From an uncultured delta proteobacterium (GTDB lineage: Bacteria > Desulfobacterota > Binatia > UBA9968): a stretch of DNA of 17,744 bases. The translations under genes were made by a program, and so were the position numbers. The stretch spans positions 1 to 17,744 of the forward strand of contig CAWJZV010000039.1 in assembly GCA_963847445.1 (NCBI GenBank), read 5' to 3'. A model generated the notes under the pieces. That model saw only the letters and a list, made by a program, of their open reading frames with translations. It did no database searches and was not told the DNA's origin. Positions 8,414 to 15,891 of the stretch are shown here, in pieces (the first letter of the stretch is position 1; each line of letters starts with the position of its first letter).

Positions 8414-8434
8414 ATTGCCGTCAGACCCGGCAAT
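8414..8434. terminator. Hairpin between convergent DUF924 and vapC, possible terminator
   Basis: ATTGCCG-tcagacc-CGGCAAT immediately after the vapC stop; no strong U tract. Confidence 0.35.
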
Positions 8435-8833
8435 TCACGGGCGATGAATTTTTAAGTTGCGGACGCGGACAATGGCATCGAAGTCTCGATCGTTGTGAAA
8501 CAACTCCGCTCCAGCGTCTAAACAAGTAGCGGCAATCAAACAGTCAATGGTCTTTCTTATCGTGATGCCCCGTTTGCGGCAGTCGCGGTAAATGGTCGCT
8601 GCCTCCTCGACGATATGAAGATCGTGCAACTGGAGAATTGGATAGCTTTGCAGAATTGTCCGCAGCCGAGCATACGAGGCATCCTCTCTGATGCCTTGGA
8701 GGATTTCGCAGTAGATAAGATCGGTCAACCCTAAGGACTCGCCGTTCTTAATCAGCTCAGAAAGATGGAGGTCATAACGCGACCCGCTCGCACCGAAGAA
8801 TTCTATCCAGACGGTTGTGTCGACGATGATCAC
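8435..8833 (-). CDS. vapC: PIN-domain ribonuclease toxin (VapC family)
   Basis: IIVDTTVWIEF, EILQG, RKTIDCLIAATC, HNDRDF acidic residues; GTGA start/stop overlap with the upstream antitoxin. Confidence 0.92.
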   Translation of the reverse strand: MIIVDTTVWIEFFGASGSRYDLHLSELIKNGESLGLTDLIYCEILQGIREDASYARLRTILQSYPILQLHDLHIVEEAATIYRDCRKRGITIRKTIDCLIAATCLDAGAELFHNDRDFDAIVRVRNLKIHRP

Positions 8834-9030
8834 GGACGGCCACGGCGCGACTCGTCAAGATTCCCTTGCCAATAAATCCGCCCGCGAACGGATAATATTT
8901 CTTTTCGTTTGGCGCTCTTTAGTAGTTCTTTCAGAGCCAGATCAACGAGCTCCCGTTTGGATTTGCACTTGAATACTTTCAACCCTTGGTTGATCAAACG
9001 GTCATCCAGCTCAATATTAGTGCGCGCCAT
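8830..9030 (-). CDS. vapB: VapB-family antitoxin (DUF2191-like)
   Basis: MARTNIELDDRLI...KSKRELVDLALKEL...RGRIYWQGNLDESR; GAGGTG RBS; translationally coupled to vapC. Confidence 0.9.
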   Translation of the reverse strand: MARTNIELDDRLINQGLKVFKCKSKRELVDLALKELLKSAKRKEILSVRGRIYWQGNLDESRRGRP

Positions 9031-9048
9031 AACGTCACCTCGCAAATC

Positions 9049-9092
9049 AAGGTAAGCGCCGATGGTGTAGATGTCAAGTTTGACAGGTGTAG
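9049..9092 (-). promoter_or_regulatory. Putative sigma70 promoter and operator of vapBC
   Basis: Minus strand TTGACA (9077-9072)-17 nt-TACCTT (9054-9049); palindrome TGTCAA-gt-TTGACA at 9072-9085; GGTGTAG direct repeats at 9064 and 9086. Confidence 0.6.
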
Positions 9093-9096
9093 TTCG

Positions 9097-10107
9097 CTAG
9101 GCAGTTGCCCGCAACAAGATCTTTCTCGCCCCCGATTGCGCCGCGCGCTCAACAGCTTCAACCCCATCTTTCAACGGATAGATAGCATCAATCATTGGCG
9201 TCACCGCCACGCGCTTTGCCGCCAATGCGCCCAGCGCATCCGCAAACGGGCCACAGCGCGATCCGATGACATTGATCTCGTTGATCACGATGGCAGCCAA
9301 CGAGACTTCATGGTTGCCGGCGATAGTGCTTTTTAGAATCAACGTCCCGCGCGGCCGCACCGCACTGAGAGCGAGTTCCAGACCCGACGCAGAGCCGGTG
9401 GCCTCAACGACGATGTCGAATAGGCGCGGCTGCCAGTCATTCAATTGAACAGTCCTGACGCCGGTTTTTTTGATCAGCGCGAGTTTATCGGCGTGCTTGC
9501 CCAGCGCCGTCACCCTGGCGCCGGTCAGGTTCACCACTTGCGCGCACAGATTGCCCAACTTGCCGTCGCCCAGCACCAGAACATCGTGGCCATGATCGAT
9601 TTGCGCCTGCGTCAAGATTTCACAAGCCGCCGCCAGCGGCTCGGTGAACACCGCTTCTTCGTCGCCTATGCTGTCTGGGACCGGATGCAGATTAGCCACC
9701 GGCACCGCGACATATTCGGCAAACGCGCCATCGGCGTTAACGATGCCCATCACCCTGCGATGCGGGCAATGGCGGGAAAGATCACTCCGGCAGTTATCGC
9801 AACTGCCGCAACCGAAATTGATTTCACCGACCGCTCGCTTGCCGATCCATTCACGCGGACCTTCAACAACCAAACCGACAAACTCGTGACCGGGCACCCC
9901 GGTAAAACCCATGTAGCCTTTGAGAATTTGCAGATCGGTGGAACAAACACCGGCGAGATGCACTTTTACCAGCGCGATCGATTGGGCGTCGGAGGGAGGG
10001 CGACCACCGGTCGCCCCTACCATCTTCGATCCTCGATCATCGATCCCCGGTGTCGAGTAATGTGACTCGAATCGCAGCGCGAGACCGTCCCAGTGAAGCG
10101 CCTGCAT
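9097..10107 (-). CDS. Zinc-dependent medium-chain alcohol dehydrogenase (MDR family) with a repeat-derived N-terminal insertion
   Basis: GVCSTD, GHEFVG, structural zinc CGSCDNC...C, EPLAAA, GDGKLG, GSRCGPF. Confidence 0.92.
   Translation of the reverse strand: MQALHWDGLALRFESHYSTPGIDDRGSKMVGATGGRPPSDAQSIALVKVHLAGVCSTDLQILKGYMGFTGVPGHEFVGLVVEGPREWIGKRAVGEINFGCGSCDNCRSDLSRHCPHRRVMGIVNADGAFAEYVAVPVANLHPVPDSIGDEEAVFTEPLAAACEILTQAQIDHGHDVLVLGDGKLGNLCAQVVNLTGARVTALGKHADKLALIKKTGVRTVQLNDWQPRLFDIVVEATGSASGLELALSAVRPRGTLILKSTIAGNHEVSLAAIVINEINVIGSRCGPFADALGALAAKRVAVTPMIDAIYPLKDGVEAVERAAQSGARKILLRATA
9997..10047 (-). repeat. Intragenic GTAG REP (family 2, 9997-10020) fused to a heptamer array (10020-10047)
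   Basis: Minus strand GTAG-GGGCGACC-GGT-GGTCGCCC-T; plus strand CCATCTT CGATCCT CGATCAT CGATCCC. Confidence 0.85.
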
Positions 10108-10125
10108 GGTTGTGCGTTCGATGTG

Positions 10126-10944
10126 CTAGGCGCGCAGCGGCTTTGCCCATTTGGTCTGCGGCCGTTCGACCAGCTCGCCATCGACATAGATGTCACAGCC
10201 TTGTTCGTGAAAGAAGCAGACGAGGCCTTTGATTTTCGGACACTCAGGAATGGTCTCCATGTAGCCCCAAACCAGATCGGCGAACGTCTCATTGCCCAGC
10301 TTCACCGACCAATACGATGCCGGTCCCTTGTACGGACAACGCGATTGGGTCGCGCTCGGAACCAGCAAATCCATGTGCACATCCTCTTGCGGCATGTAGT
10401 AACGAACCGGGTGATTGGTCTCGAAAACCAAATGCGGCCGGCGCGTTTCGGCGACGGTTTGGCCGTCGATGACGACGCGGACATGGCGCGCGCTCGGCAG
10501 CGCATCGACGCGCTTATAGGGATCGCGAGCGTGCTTGTAGAGCTCTTCTTCCTCTTCCATCCACTTGTCCATCTTCGGCCAGTCAAAAGCGAAATGGTCT
10601 TGAATCGCGCTCGCCGCCGGCAAAGGATTCACGTAGCTCCAAGCCGCATTCTCCGCCGATCGGCCACCGGCGTTGATAGACCAATAGGCTGCCGCGCCTT
10701 TGACCGGACAATCGGCTCGCTGCGCGCTCGCAGTGAACAGGTCGACACGCACATCTTCCTTGGGAAAATAATAAGCCGGCAGCACTTCAGCCTCACGCAC
10801 CAACTTCGCGCGCTTGCTGCTGGCAATCACCTCGCCGCCGAAGAACACCCGTACATGTCGCGGACTCTGGGAAACATGCAGCCAATGCCCGGCATCCCCA
10901 TGAATCGGCACGCGCTCTTGAATGATATTGCTCTGCATAATCAT
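10126..10944 (-). CDS. Tandem DUF427 domain protein
   Basis: Two repeats: YYFPKEDV...CPVKGAAAYWS...NAAWSY and YYMPQEDV...CPYKGPASYWS...DLVWGY, linked by HARDPYKRVD; GGAGG RBS. Confidence 0.92.
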   Translation of the reverse strand: MIMQSNIIQERVPIHGDAGHWLHVSQSPRHVRVFFGGEVIASSKRAKLVREAEVLPAYYFPKEDVRVDLFTASAQRADCPVKGAAAYWSINAGGRSAENAAWSYVNPLPAASAIQDHFAFDWPKMDKWMEEEEELYKHARDPYKRVDALPSARHVRVVIDGQTVAETRRPHLVFETNHPVRYYMPQEDVHMDLLVPSATQSRCPYKGPASYWSVKLGNETFADLVWGYMETIPECPKIKGLVCFFHEQGCDIYVDGELVERPQTKWAKPLRA

Positions 10945-10976
10945 AACCTCCGTTCAGAACTCACCATCACACCAAG

Positions 10977-11002
10977 AGGGCGGGTTTAAAACCCGCCCCT
11001 AC
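10977..11002 (-). repeat. GTAG REP, family 2
   Basis: Minus strand GTAG-GGGCGGGTTT-T-AAACCCGCCC-T; identical 26-mer at 15851-15876. Confidence 0.88.
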
Positions 11003-11161
11003 GAATCCTATTCTTTTGTGTACTTTTCGGTCTTGCGGCCAATTTTCCGAACCGAATTTCTACTTACCATGCGACCTTTGACCTTTGTAGTTAACGTTCC
11101 TACTCCGAATTTCCGACTTCGTGTCCTTCATGCCTCCTGTGAAAATACCGGGCATGGGTTT

Positions 11162-11243
11162 GTCGGATGTGGTGACCAAAGCGAACCGCATCGTTGGTAA
11201 GTCGCGCTCGCTCGATGCGGTTCGCGGGCTCACCACATCCTAC
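11162..11243. repeat. REP doublet, family 1: type B on plus strand (11162-11193, GTCG end) and type A on minus strand (11213-11243), tags facing outward
   Basis: GTCGGATGTGGTGACCAAAGCGAACCGCATCG, 19-nt spacer, CGATGCGGTTCGCGGGCTCACCACATCCTAC. Confidence 0.9.
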
Positions 11244-11265
11244 GGGTTTCGCGATTTGTCACTTT

Positions 11266-11301
11266 GGTTGCGGCGTAGCCGCGCTGTGAACTTCGTGGTG
11301 A
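11266..11301 (+). repeat. GGTTGCGGC-NNN-GCCGCGC hairpin family, copy 2
   Basis: GGTTGCGGC-GTA-GCCGCGCTGTGAACTTCGTGGTGA. Confidence 0.8.
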
Positions 11302-11333
11302 CTATTCCTCCACAGTAAAACCAGAACCGCCCT

Positions 11334-12299
11334 TTACTTGAGCGCTTGTTGCAGCAGCGTAAAGTCGGTGAGCTGCGACGGCGCGACGCCTTTGATGCCG
11401 GCTTCGGCCAGCATGGTTGTGACCAGCGAATTCAGCATTGAATCCTCGACCATGCCGTTTCTCGTGTAGTTGTTGATCGCCATCTGATAGATCTCGGCCG
11501 CCATCTCGCGATCGAGCTTCAGCCAACTCATCATTATCTGTTGCGTGCCTTCAGGATTTTCCCGCAGGTAGCGCAGCGCCTGGAGCATCGCTCGGATCAC
11601 GCGCCGCACTTGATCGGGTTGATCGCGCAGCTTGCCGGTGTTGACGCCGAGCCCGCCGGCGAGCAGGCCGTGAAAATCGGCGGCGTTGATCAACAGCTTG
11701 AGGCCCATCTTCTTGGCTCTGAACGCCTCGCCGTAATCCATCATCGCGCTGTCGATGGAGCCGGAGAGCATGGCGCCGATGCGCGTGCCGGTGTCGACGA
11801 CGCGATAGATGATGTCGCGATCCGGATCCAGACCACTTTGCTTGAGAATAAACTTGGCCGAAATCTGCTGTGAACCGAGCAGCCCTGGGACACCCATCGA
11901 TTTTCCTTTGAGCTCGCTTACCGACTTGATCTCTTGGCGCACCACCAAACCCCAAAACGGCTTGGTCGTGCCGAGCAACACGATGCGCACCGGCAAACCT
12001 CTGGCGGCCGAAACGAAAGTCGAGCCAGCTCTGAGCGTGTAATGAATATTGCCGCTGGCCAGCGCGGCGCGATCGACCTCGGTGCGGGTGAGCAGCAGCT
12101 TGACGTCGAGATTTTGCTCGCGAAAGAAGCCCCGCTGGCGCGCCACCTCCGCCGGCAGAAACGTGATGCTTGGGCCAGCGTAAGAAATCAAAATTTCTTC
12201 AAGCGCCAACGCCGGCTGCGCCGCGACAAGCAAGCAAATCGTCGGTAGACTGAATAGCATTCCGACCATGCTTCGAAAGGTGGGTGCGCTGCCACGCAT
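11334..12299 (-). CDS. ABC transporter substrate-binding protein, NitT/TauT (SsuA/NMT1-like)
   Basis: Signal peptide ending ALA, GFFREQNLDV, IKSVSELKGK..GV, GLDPDRDI, AMLSGSIDSA; no permease or ATPase adjacent. Confidence 0.88.
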   Translation of the reverse strand: MRGSAPTFRSMVGMLFSLPTICLLVAAQPALALEEILISYAGPSITFLPAEVARQRGFFREQNLDVKLLLTRTEVDRAALASGNIHYTLRAGSTFVSAARGLPVRIVLLGTTKPFWGLVVRQEIKSVSELKGKSMGVPGLLGSQQISAKFILKQSGLDPDRDIIYRVVDTGTRIGAMLSGSIDSAMMDYGEAFRAKKMGLKLLINAADFHGLLAGGLGVNTGKLRDQPDQVRRVIRAMLQALRYLRENPEGTQQIMMSWLKLDREMAAEIYQMAINNYTRNGMVEDSMLNSLVTTMLAEAGIKGVAPSQLTDFTLLQQALK

Positions 12300-12316
12300 A
12301 AATCACCCCCGTAGGC

Positions 12317-13345
12317 TCAAAACTCTTCGCGATAAAGATCGAGCGCCTTGAGCGCCGGCGCATCGCTCATGGAGAAAAGAATCGCTTCCTCGGATGACGC
12401 ATTCCTATGCAGGTGGGCGTACCAGAGCGGAACGACAAAAGTGTCGCCTTGCTGCCATTCGAACTGCTGCTCGCCAATCTGCGTTGTCCCTCGGCCGCGA
12501 AACACGTGATACATCACCGTGCTCGTGTGGCGGTGCGATCTCGTCTCTTCTTTCGCCGGCAGCAGTTGCACGGCGCACTGAATCGTCGTCATCGTCGGTC
12601 CGCCGGTCACGGGATTCCGGTAATCGAGCAAGAATCCATCGCAGCTATCTCGTGCCGCCGGAGTTTTCGTCAAGGCGCGCAACGCCGTTTCGGTGTCGCG
12701 CCATTTGTAATGAAAATAATCCGCCAGCGGCAGGCCGTGGCGAATCGAACTGCCGAGCTTATCCATCACGGCTTCGCTGCTCTCCTCGATCGGCTGGCGC
12801 CGCTCGCGATAGCGCTCCTGCATGACTTGATGCAGCGCCGTGACCAGAGGAAAGTCCAAACCGTCGAGCCACAGCATTGGCTGGTTCGAATCGTTGGAAT
12901 GGTCGTGCCAGGTCAGCTTCGGCGTAAGAATCAGATCGCCAGGCTCCATGACGCATTGCTGGCCGTTCACCGTCGTGTAGGCCCCATTGCCCTGGACGAC
13001 GAAGCGCAACGCCGCCGGCGTGTGGCGGTGCGCCCGCGCATTTTCGCCGGGTTTCACATACTGGAACGAAACTTGGATCGTGTGCGTCGCAAAGGCATGC
13101 GCGCGATCGAGGCCAGGATTGACTAACCGCACGACCCGCCGCTCGCTGTTCTCCAGGCTGATCACTTCACCCGCGCGCACCAGACTGTCGTAAACATCCT
13201 GCCACTTCCACAGACAAGGCTGCACCGCGGTCACCGGATGATTCGGCAACCCCTCCATACCGAGTCGCCAATACCCAGAAAGATTCTTACCCGCCATGTC
13301 GCGGTCGAGGAGGGCAACGCTATCTTTTGGTGCCAGCTGATTCAT
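12317..13345 (-). CDS. Gentisate 1,2-dioxygenase-like bicupin ring-cleavage dioxygenase
   Basis: ERRVVRLVNPGL, AHRHTPAALRFVVQG, GDLILTP..TWHDH, WLDGLDFPL, YRNPVTGGPTMTTI, HRHT, GDTFVVP.W, LFSMSDAP; GGAGG RBS supports the start at 13345. Confidence 0.88.
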   Translation of the reverse strand: MNQLAPKDSVALLDRDMAGKNLSGYWRLGMEGLPNHPVTAVQPCLWKWQDVYDSLVRAGEVISLENSERRVVRLVNPGLDRAHAFATHTIQVSFQYVKPGENARAHRHTPAALRFVVQGNGAYTTVNGQQCVMEPGDLILTPKLTWHDHSNDSNQPMLWLDGLDFPLVTALHQVMQERYRERRQPIEESSEAVMDKLGSSIRHGLPLADYFHYKWRDTETALRALTKTPAARDSCDGFLLDYRNPVTGGPTMTTIQCAVQLLPAKEETRSHRHTSTVMYHVFRGRGTTQIGEQQFEWQQGDTFVVPLWYAHLHRNASSEEAILFSMSDAPALKALDLYREEF

Positions 13346-13457
13346 GAGGATAACCTCCACCTGCGGTCTCCCGTCCTGCATAGCGCTACGGCGCAACGAC
13401 TGTCAACTCGCGAAGCACCGGTGACCGATGGTTACTCCCGTTTAGTGAGAAAGAGTC

Positions 13458-13848
13458 TTCACCACGACGGACCTAGCGCAGCATAGCCGCAACCAAATGG
13501 GAAAGAGTTTTTCACCACGAAGGACACGAAGAGCACGAAGTTCGGAGTGTTAATCATCCGAAACCTTCGTGTCCTCCGTGCCTCCTTCGAAAATACACGT
13601 ACAGCGATCACCTGCGCAACAATGAGACTCTCTGTTCCGTCATACCGGCGAAGGCCGGTATCCATCCTCCTCCCGCCCCTGGATGCCGGCCTGCGCCGGC
13701 ATGACGAGTCTAAGGAATGAACCCTGGAAACGGGGCTTCCGGCATTTTTATGATCTGTAGACGAGCGTAAGCTCATGAACACTTCGTGGTGAATCCTATT
13801 TTTCTCCTTTCTGTTGCTGCTGCGCCGCGCTGCGATCTTCGTGGTCAA
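13458..13848. repeat. Nested composite repeat island: hairpin-family copies at both ends (13458-13494 minus, 13811-13848 plus), 9-bp-period inverted arms, and a central CGTC REP doublet
   Basis: TTCACCACGAAGGACACGAAGAGCACGAAGTTCGGA (13511-13546) is mirrored by TCCGAAACCTTCGTGTCCTCCGTG (13557-13580) and CTTCGTGGTGAA (13782-13793). Confidence 0.75.
13638..13706. repeat. CGTC-type REP doublet
   Basis: CGTCATACCGGCGAAGGCCGGTATCCA (13638-13664) and inverted CGTCATGCCGGCGCAGGCCGGCATCCA (13706-13680), 15-nt spacer; compensatory changes in the stems. Confidence 0.88.
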
Positions 13849-13990
13849 CAAATTCACGGTGGCACTCCCAGGTTGCCTATACGGAACCCGTTAGAACCTA
13901 AAAAAAGCCATTTACATCCGGCTCCCAATGGCGCTATGACGTTAGCCAGACTCAGCGCAGACTACCTATCGGTTCGAAAAGGAGTTGCTT

Positions 13991-15031
13991 ATGGCGATTT
14001 TTCGAAGCCTGGTGACGGTGACACTGCTGTTGGTTTCGCTTAATCCGGCCCATCAGGCTTGGGCTCAACACGCTATGCCAACGGTCGATCAAGCGAAAAA
14101 GGAAGGCGAAGTCGTGTGGTACGGCACCCTCACCGGCGGAGCGATCGTCGGCAACATCATTAAAAACTTCGAAAGCAAATTCCCCGGCATCAAAGTCAAA
14201 TATCTCCGTCTCGGCGGCGCGTCGTTTGTCGAAAGGATCAGGAGCGAGGCGCGGGCAGGAAAATATTTGTGGGACGTGGTGACCTCGGAATATATCCAGT
14301 TCTCCGAGCTCTCCAAGCATGTGGCGCTGGCGCGCTATTCGTCACCGGACGCCGCGCAGATATCGCCAAGACATCGCGATCCCAATGGCGCATGGGTCAG
14401 CATTTATGGCGCCATCGCGACCATCGCGTGGAATACCCGGATGGTCAAACCGGCCGAGGCGCCGAAGGATTGGAAGGATCTTTTGGATCCCCGGTGGAAA
14501 GGAAAAAAGATCGGTCTGCCAGTCGAGGCTTTCCAGTGGTACGGCGGCATGGTGACCTACTTAGGCGATAAAGCCGGGCGCGACTTTATGAAAGCGTTGG
14601 CCGCCCAGGACCCACAAACCCAGCAAGGTTACACGAACACGTCGAATCTACTGGTTGCCGGCGAATTTCCCGTCGCCATCACTCGCGCCCATCGGATCGA
14701 AGACGCGCGCTCCAAAGGCGCGCCGGTGGACTGGTCCGCGGAGGCCAATCCAATCGTCATCAGCATCCATCCGGTCGGTATCTCCGAGAAAGCGACGCAC
14801 CCGGCGGCGGCGCGGCTGTTTTACAACTACCTCACCTCAGTCGAGGGGCAAAGCCTTTTCACCGAAGAAGGGTTTACCAGTTCCCACGCTGGCGTCAAAG
14901 CGCGTTTCCCGAGATTGACCCTCGACAATATCAAGCATCCGGCGCCGCCGGACCCGAAAGTCAGCGAGCGCATCCAAACCTGGATCAGCGAGCACCAGCA
15001 AACCTTCCGCGTCGCGGTGCGCGGCGGCTGA
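13991..15031 (+). CDS. ABC transporter substrate-binding protein, Fe3+/thiamine/polyamine (AfuA/PotD-like) class
   Basis: Signal peptide ending AWA, AKKEGEVVWY, FESKFPGIKV, APKDWKDLLDPRWKG, HPAAARLFYNYLTSVEGQ; AAGGAG RBS. Confidence 0.88.
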   Translation: MAIFRSLVTVTLLLVSLNPAHQAWAQHAMPTVDQAKKEGEVVWYGTLTGGAIVGNIIKNFESKFPGIKVKYLRLGGASFVERIRSEARAGKYLWDVVTSEYIQFSELSKHVALARYSSPDAAQISPRHRDPNGAWVSIYGAIATIAWNTRMVKPAEAPKDWKDLLDPRWKGKKIGLPVEAFQWYGGMVTYLGDKAGRDFMKALAAQDPQTQQGYTNTSNLLVAGEFPVAITRAHRIEDARSKGAPVDWSAEANPIVISIHPVGISEKATHPAAARLFYNYLTSVEGQSLFTEEGFTSSHAGVKARFPRLTLDNIKHPAPPDPKVSERIQTWISEHQQTFRVAVRGG

Positions 15032-15039
15032 CCTGGGTG

Positions 15040-15094
15040 AATTACAAATTACAGATGCCAAATTGCAAATCGTCCGGAATATGAAATATGAAAT
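15040..15094. repeat. AT-rich heptamer tandem arrays between convergent genes
   Basis: AATTACA AATTACA GATGCCA AATTGCA AAT, then AATATGA AATATGA AAT. Confidence 0.65.
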
Positions 15095-15111
15095 TCCCAG
15101 CGCAGCACGCG

Positions 15112-15834
15112 CTATGGAAGCTCTGCCAATAGCCGGCCGTAGCCTTTGATCGGTTCACGCACGTGAAACCGCTTCTGCACTTCCCAAAGTTTAGCGCCGA
15201 GCGCATAAACCACCGGCACCTGGAGATCCTGTTCCAGGAGTCGGACGATCTTTAGCAGCCGCCAACCGGAACCGAGCATGTAGATCGCGTCGGCGCCGGC
15301 ATGTTTGAGAAACGCTTTCTTGGTGTGTTTATAAATCTCTTCGCCGGACAGCTTGCCGACATCTTTGAACGGCACGTCGATGCCTTCCATGGCCGCGACT
15401 TGAAAGCCTGCCTCGGTGAAATAGCGGCTAAAGATTTGATTCATGCGCTCCGGGAAATAAGTCACGCCGACGAAATTCTTGATTCCCAGCGCCGTCATCG
15501 CCGCCGCCGTCGAGCGCCCCGAAGTGTTGACCGGGACGCCATGCTTGGCTTCGAGATCCTTAACGATTTTCTCCTCACCCTTAAAGCCGTGCACCATCAT
15601 CGGCGGCGCGCCGCCGATGGAGATCAAGTCCACGCCCAACTCCGCCAGCTGCGCGGCCTTCTGCTGGTAATCAGCGAGCACATCGTGGAACTCCTTTTCG
15701 GTGCCCGAGCTTATGCCGACGGTGAGAGGAATCACGCCGATGCCCTCGGGGAGCAATTTGATAAACTCTTCTAACGATCCGGGCCGGTGCGTCGGCTTGA
15801 TATCGCCGACCACGCCCCGCCAGCTTTCAAACAT
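15112..15834 (-). CDS. Maleate cis-trans isomerase / arylmalonate decarboxylase (Asp/Glu racemase superfamily)-like protein
   Basis: AAQLAELGVDLI, AMTALGIK..VTYF...YFTEAGFQV, ADAIY, LEQDLQVPVV, IKGYGRLL; GGAGGTG RBS. Confidence 0.85.
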   Translation of the reverse strand: MFESWRGVVGDIKPTHRPGSLEEFIKLLPEGIGVIPLTVGISSGTEKEFHDVLADYQQKAAQLAELGVDLISIGGAPPMMVHGFKGEEKIVKDLEAKHGVPVNTSGRSTAAAMTALGIKNFVGVTYFPERMNQIFSRYFTEAGFQVAAMEGIDVPFKDVGKLSGEEIYKHTKKAFLKHAGADAIYMLGSGWRLLKIVRLLEQDLQVPVVYALGAKLWEVQKRFHVREPIKGYGRLLAELP

Positions 15835-15850
15835 AGATCACCTCCGAACT

Positions 15851-15876
15851 AGGGCGGGTTTAAAACCCGCCCCTAC
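15851..15876 (-). repeat. GTAG REP, family 2
   Basis: AGGGCGGGTTTAAAACCCGCCCCTAC, identical to 10977-11002. Confidence 0.88.
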
Positions 15877-15891
15877 AACGCCCGATTCTTT

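Noticed and set aside
10053-10070. TCGAGT-N6-ACTCGA inverted repeat next to the ADH insertion
   Set aside because: A 6-bp stem within normal coding sequence is expected by chance
13459-13857. 132-aa minus-strand ORF
   Set aside because: Made entirely of repeat-island sequence
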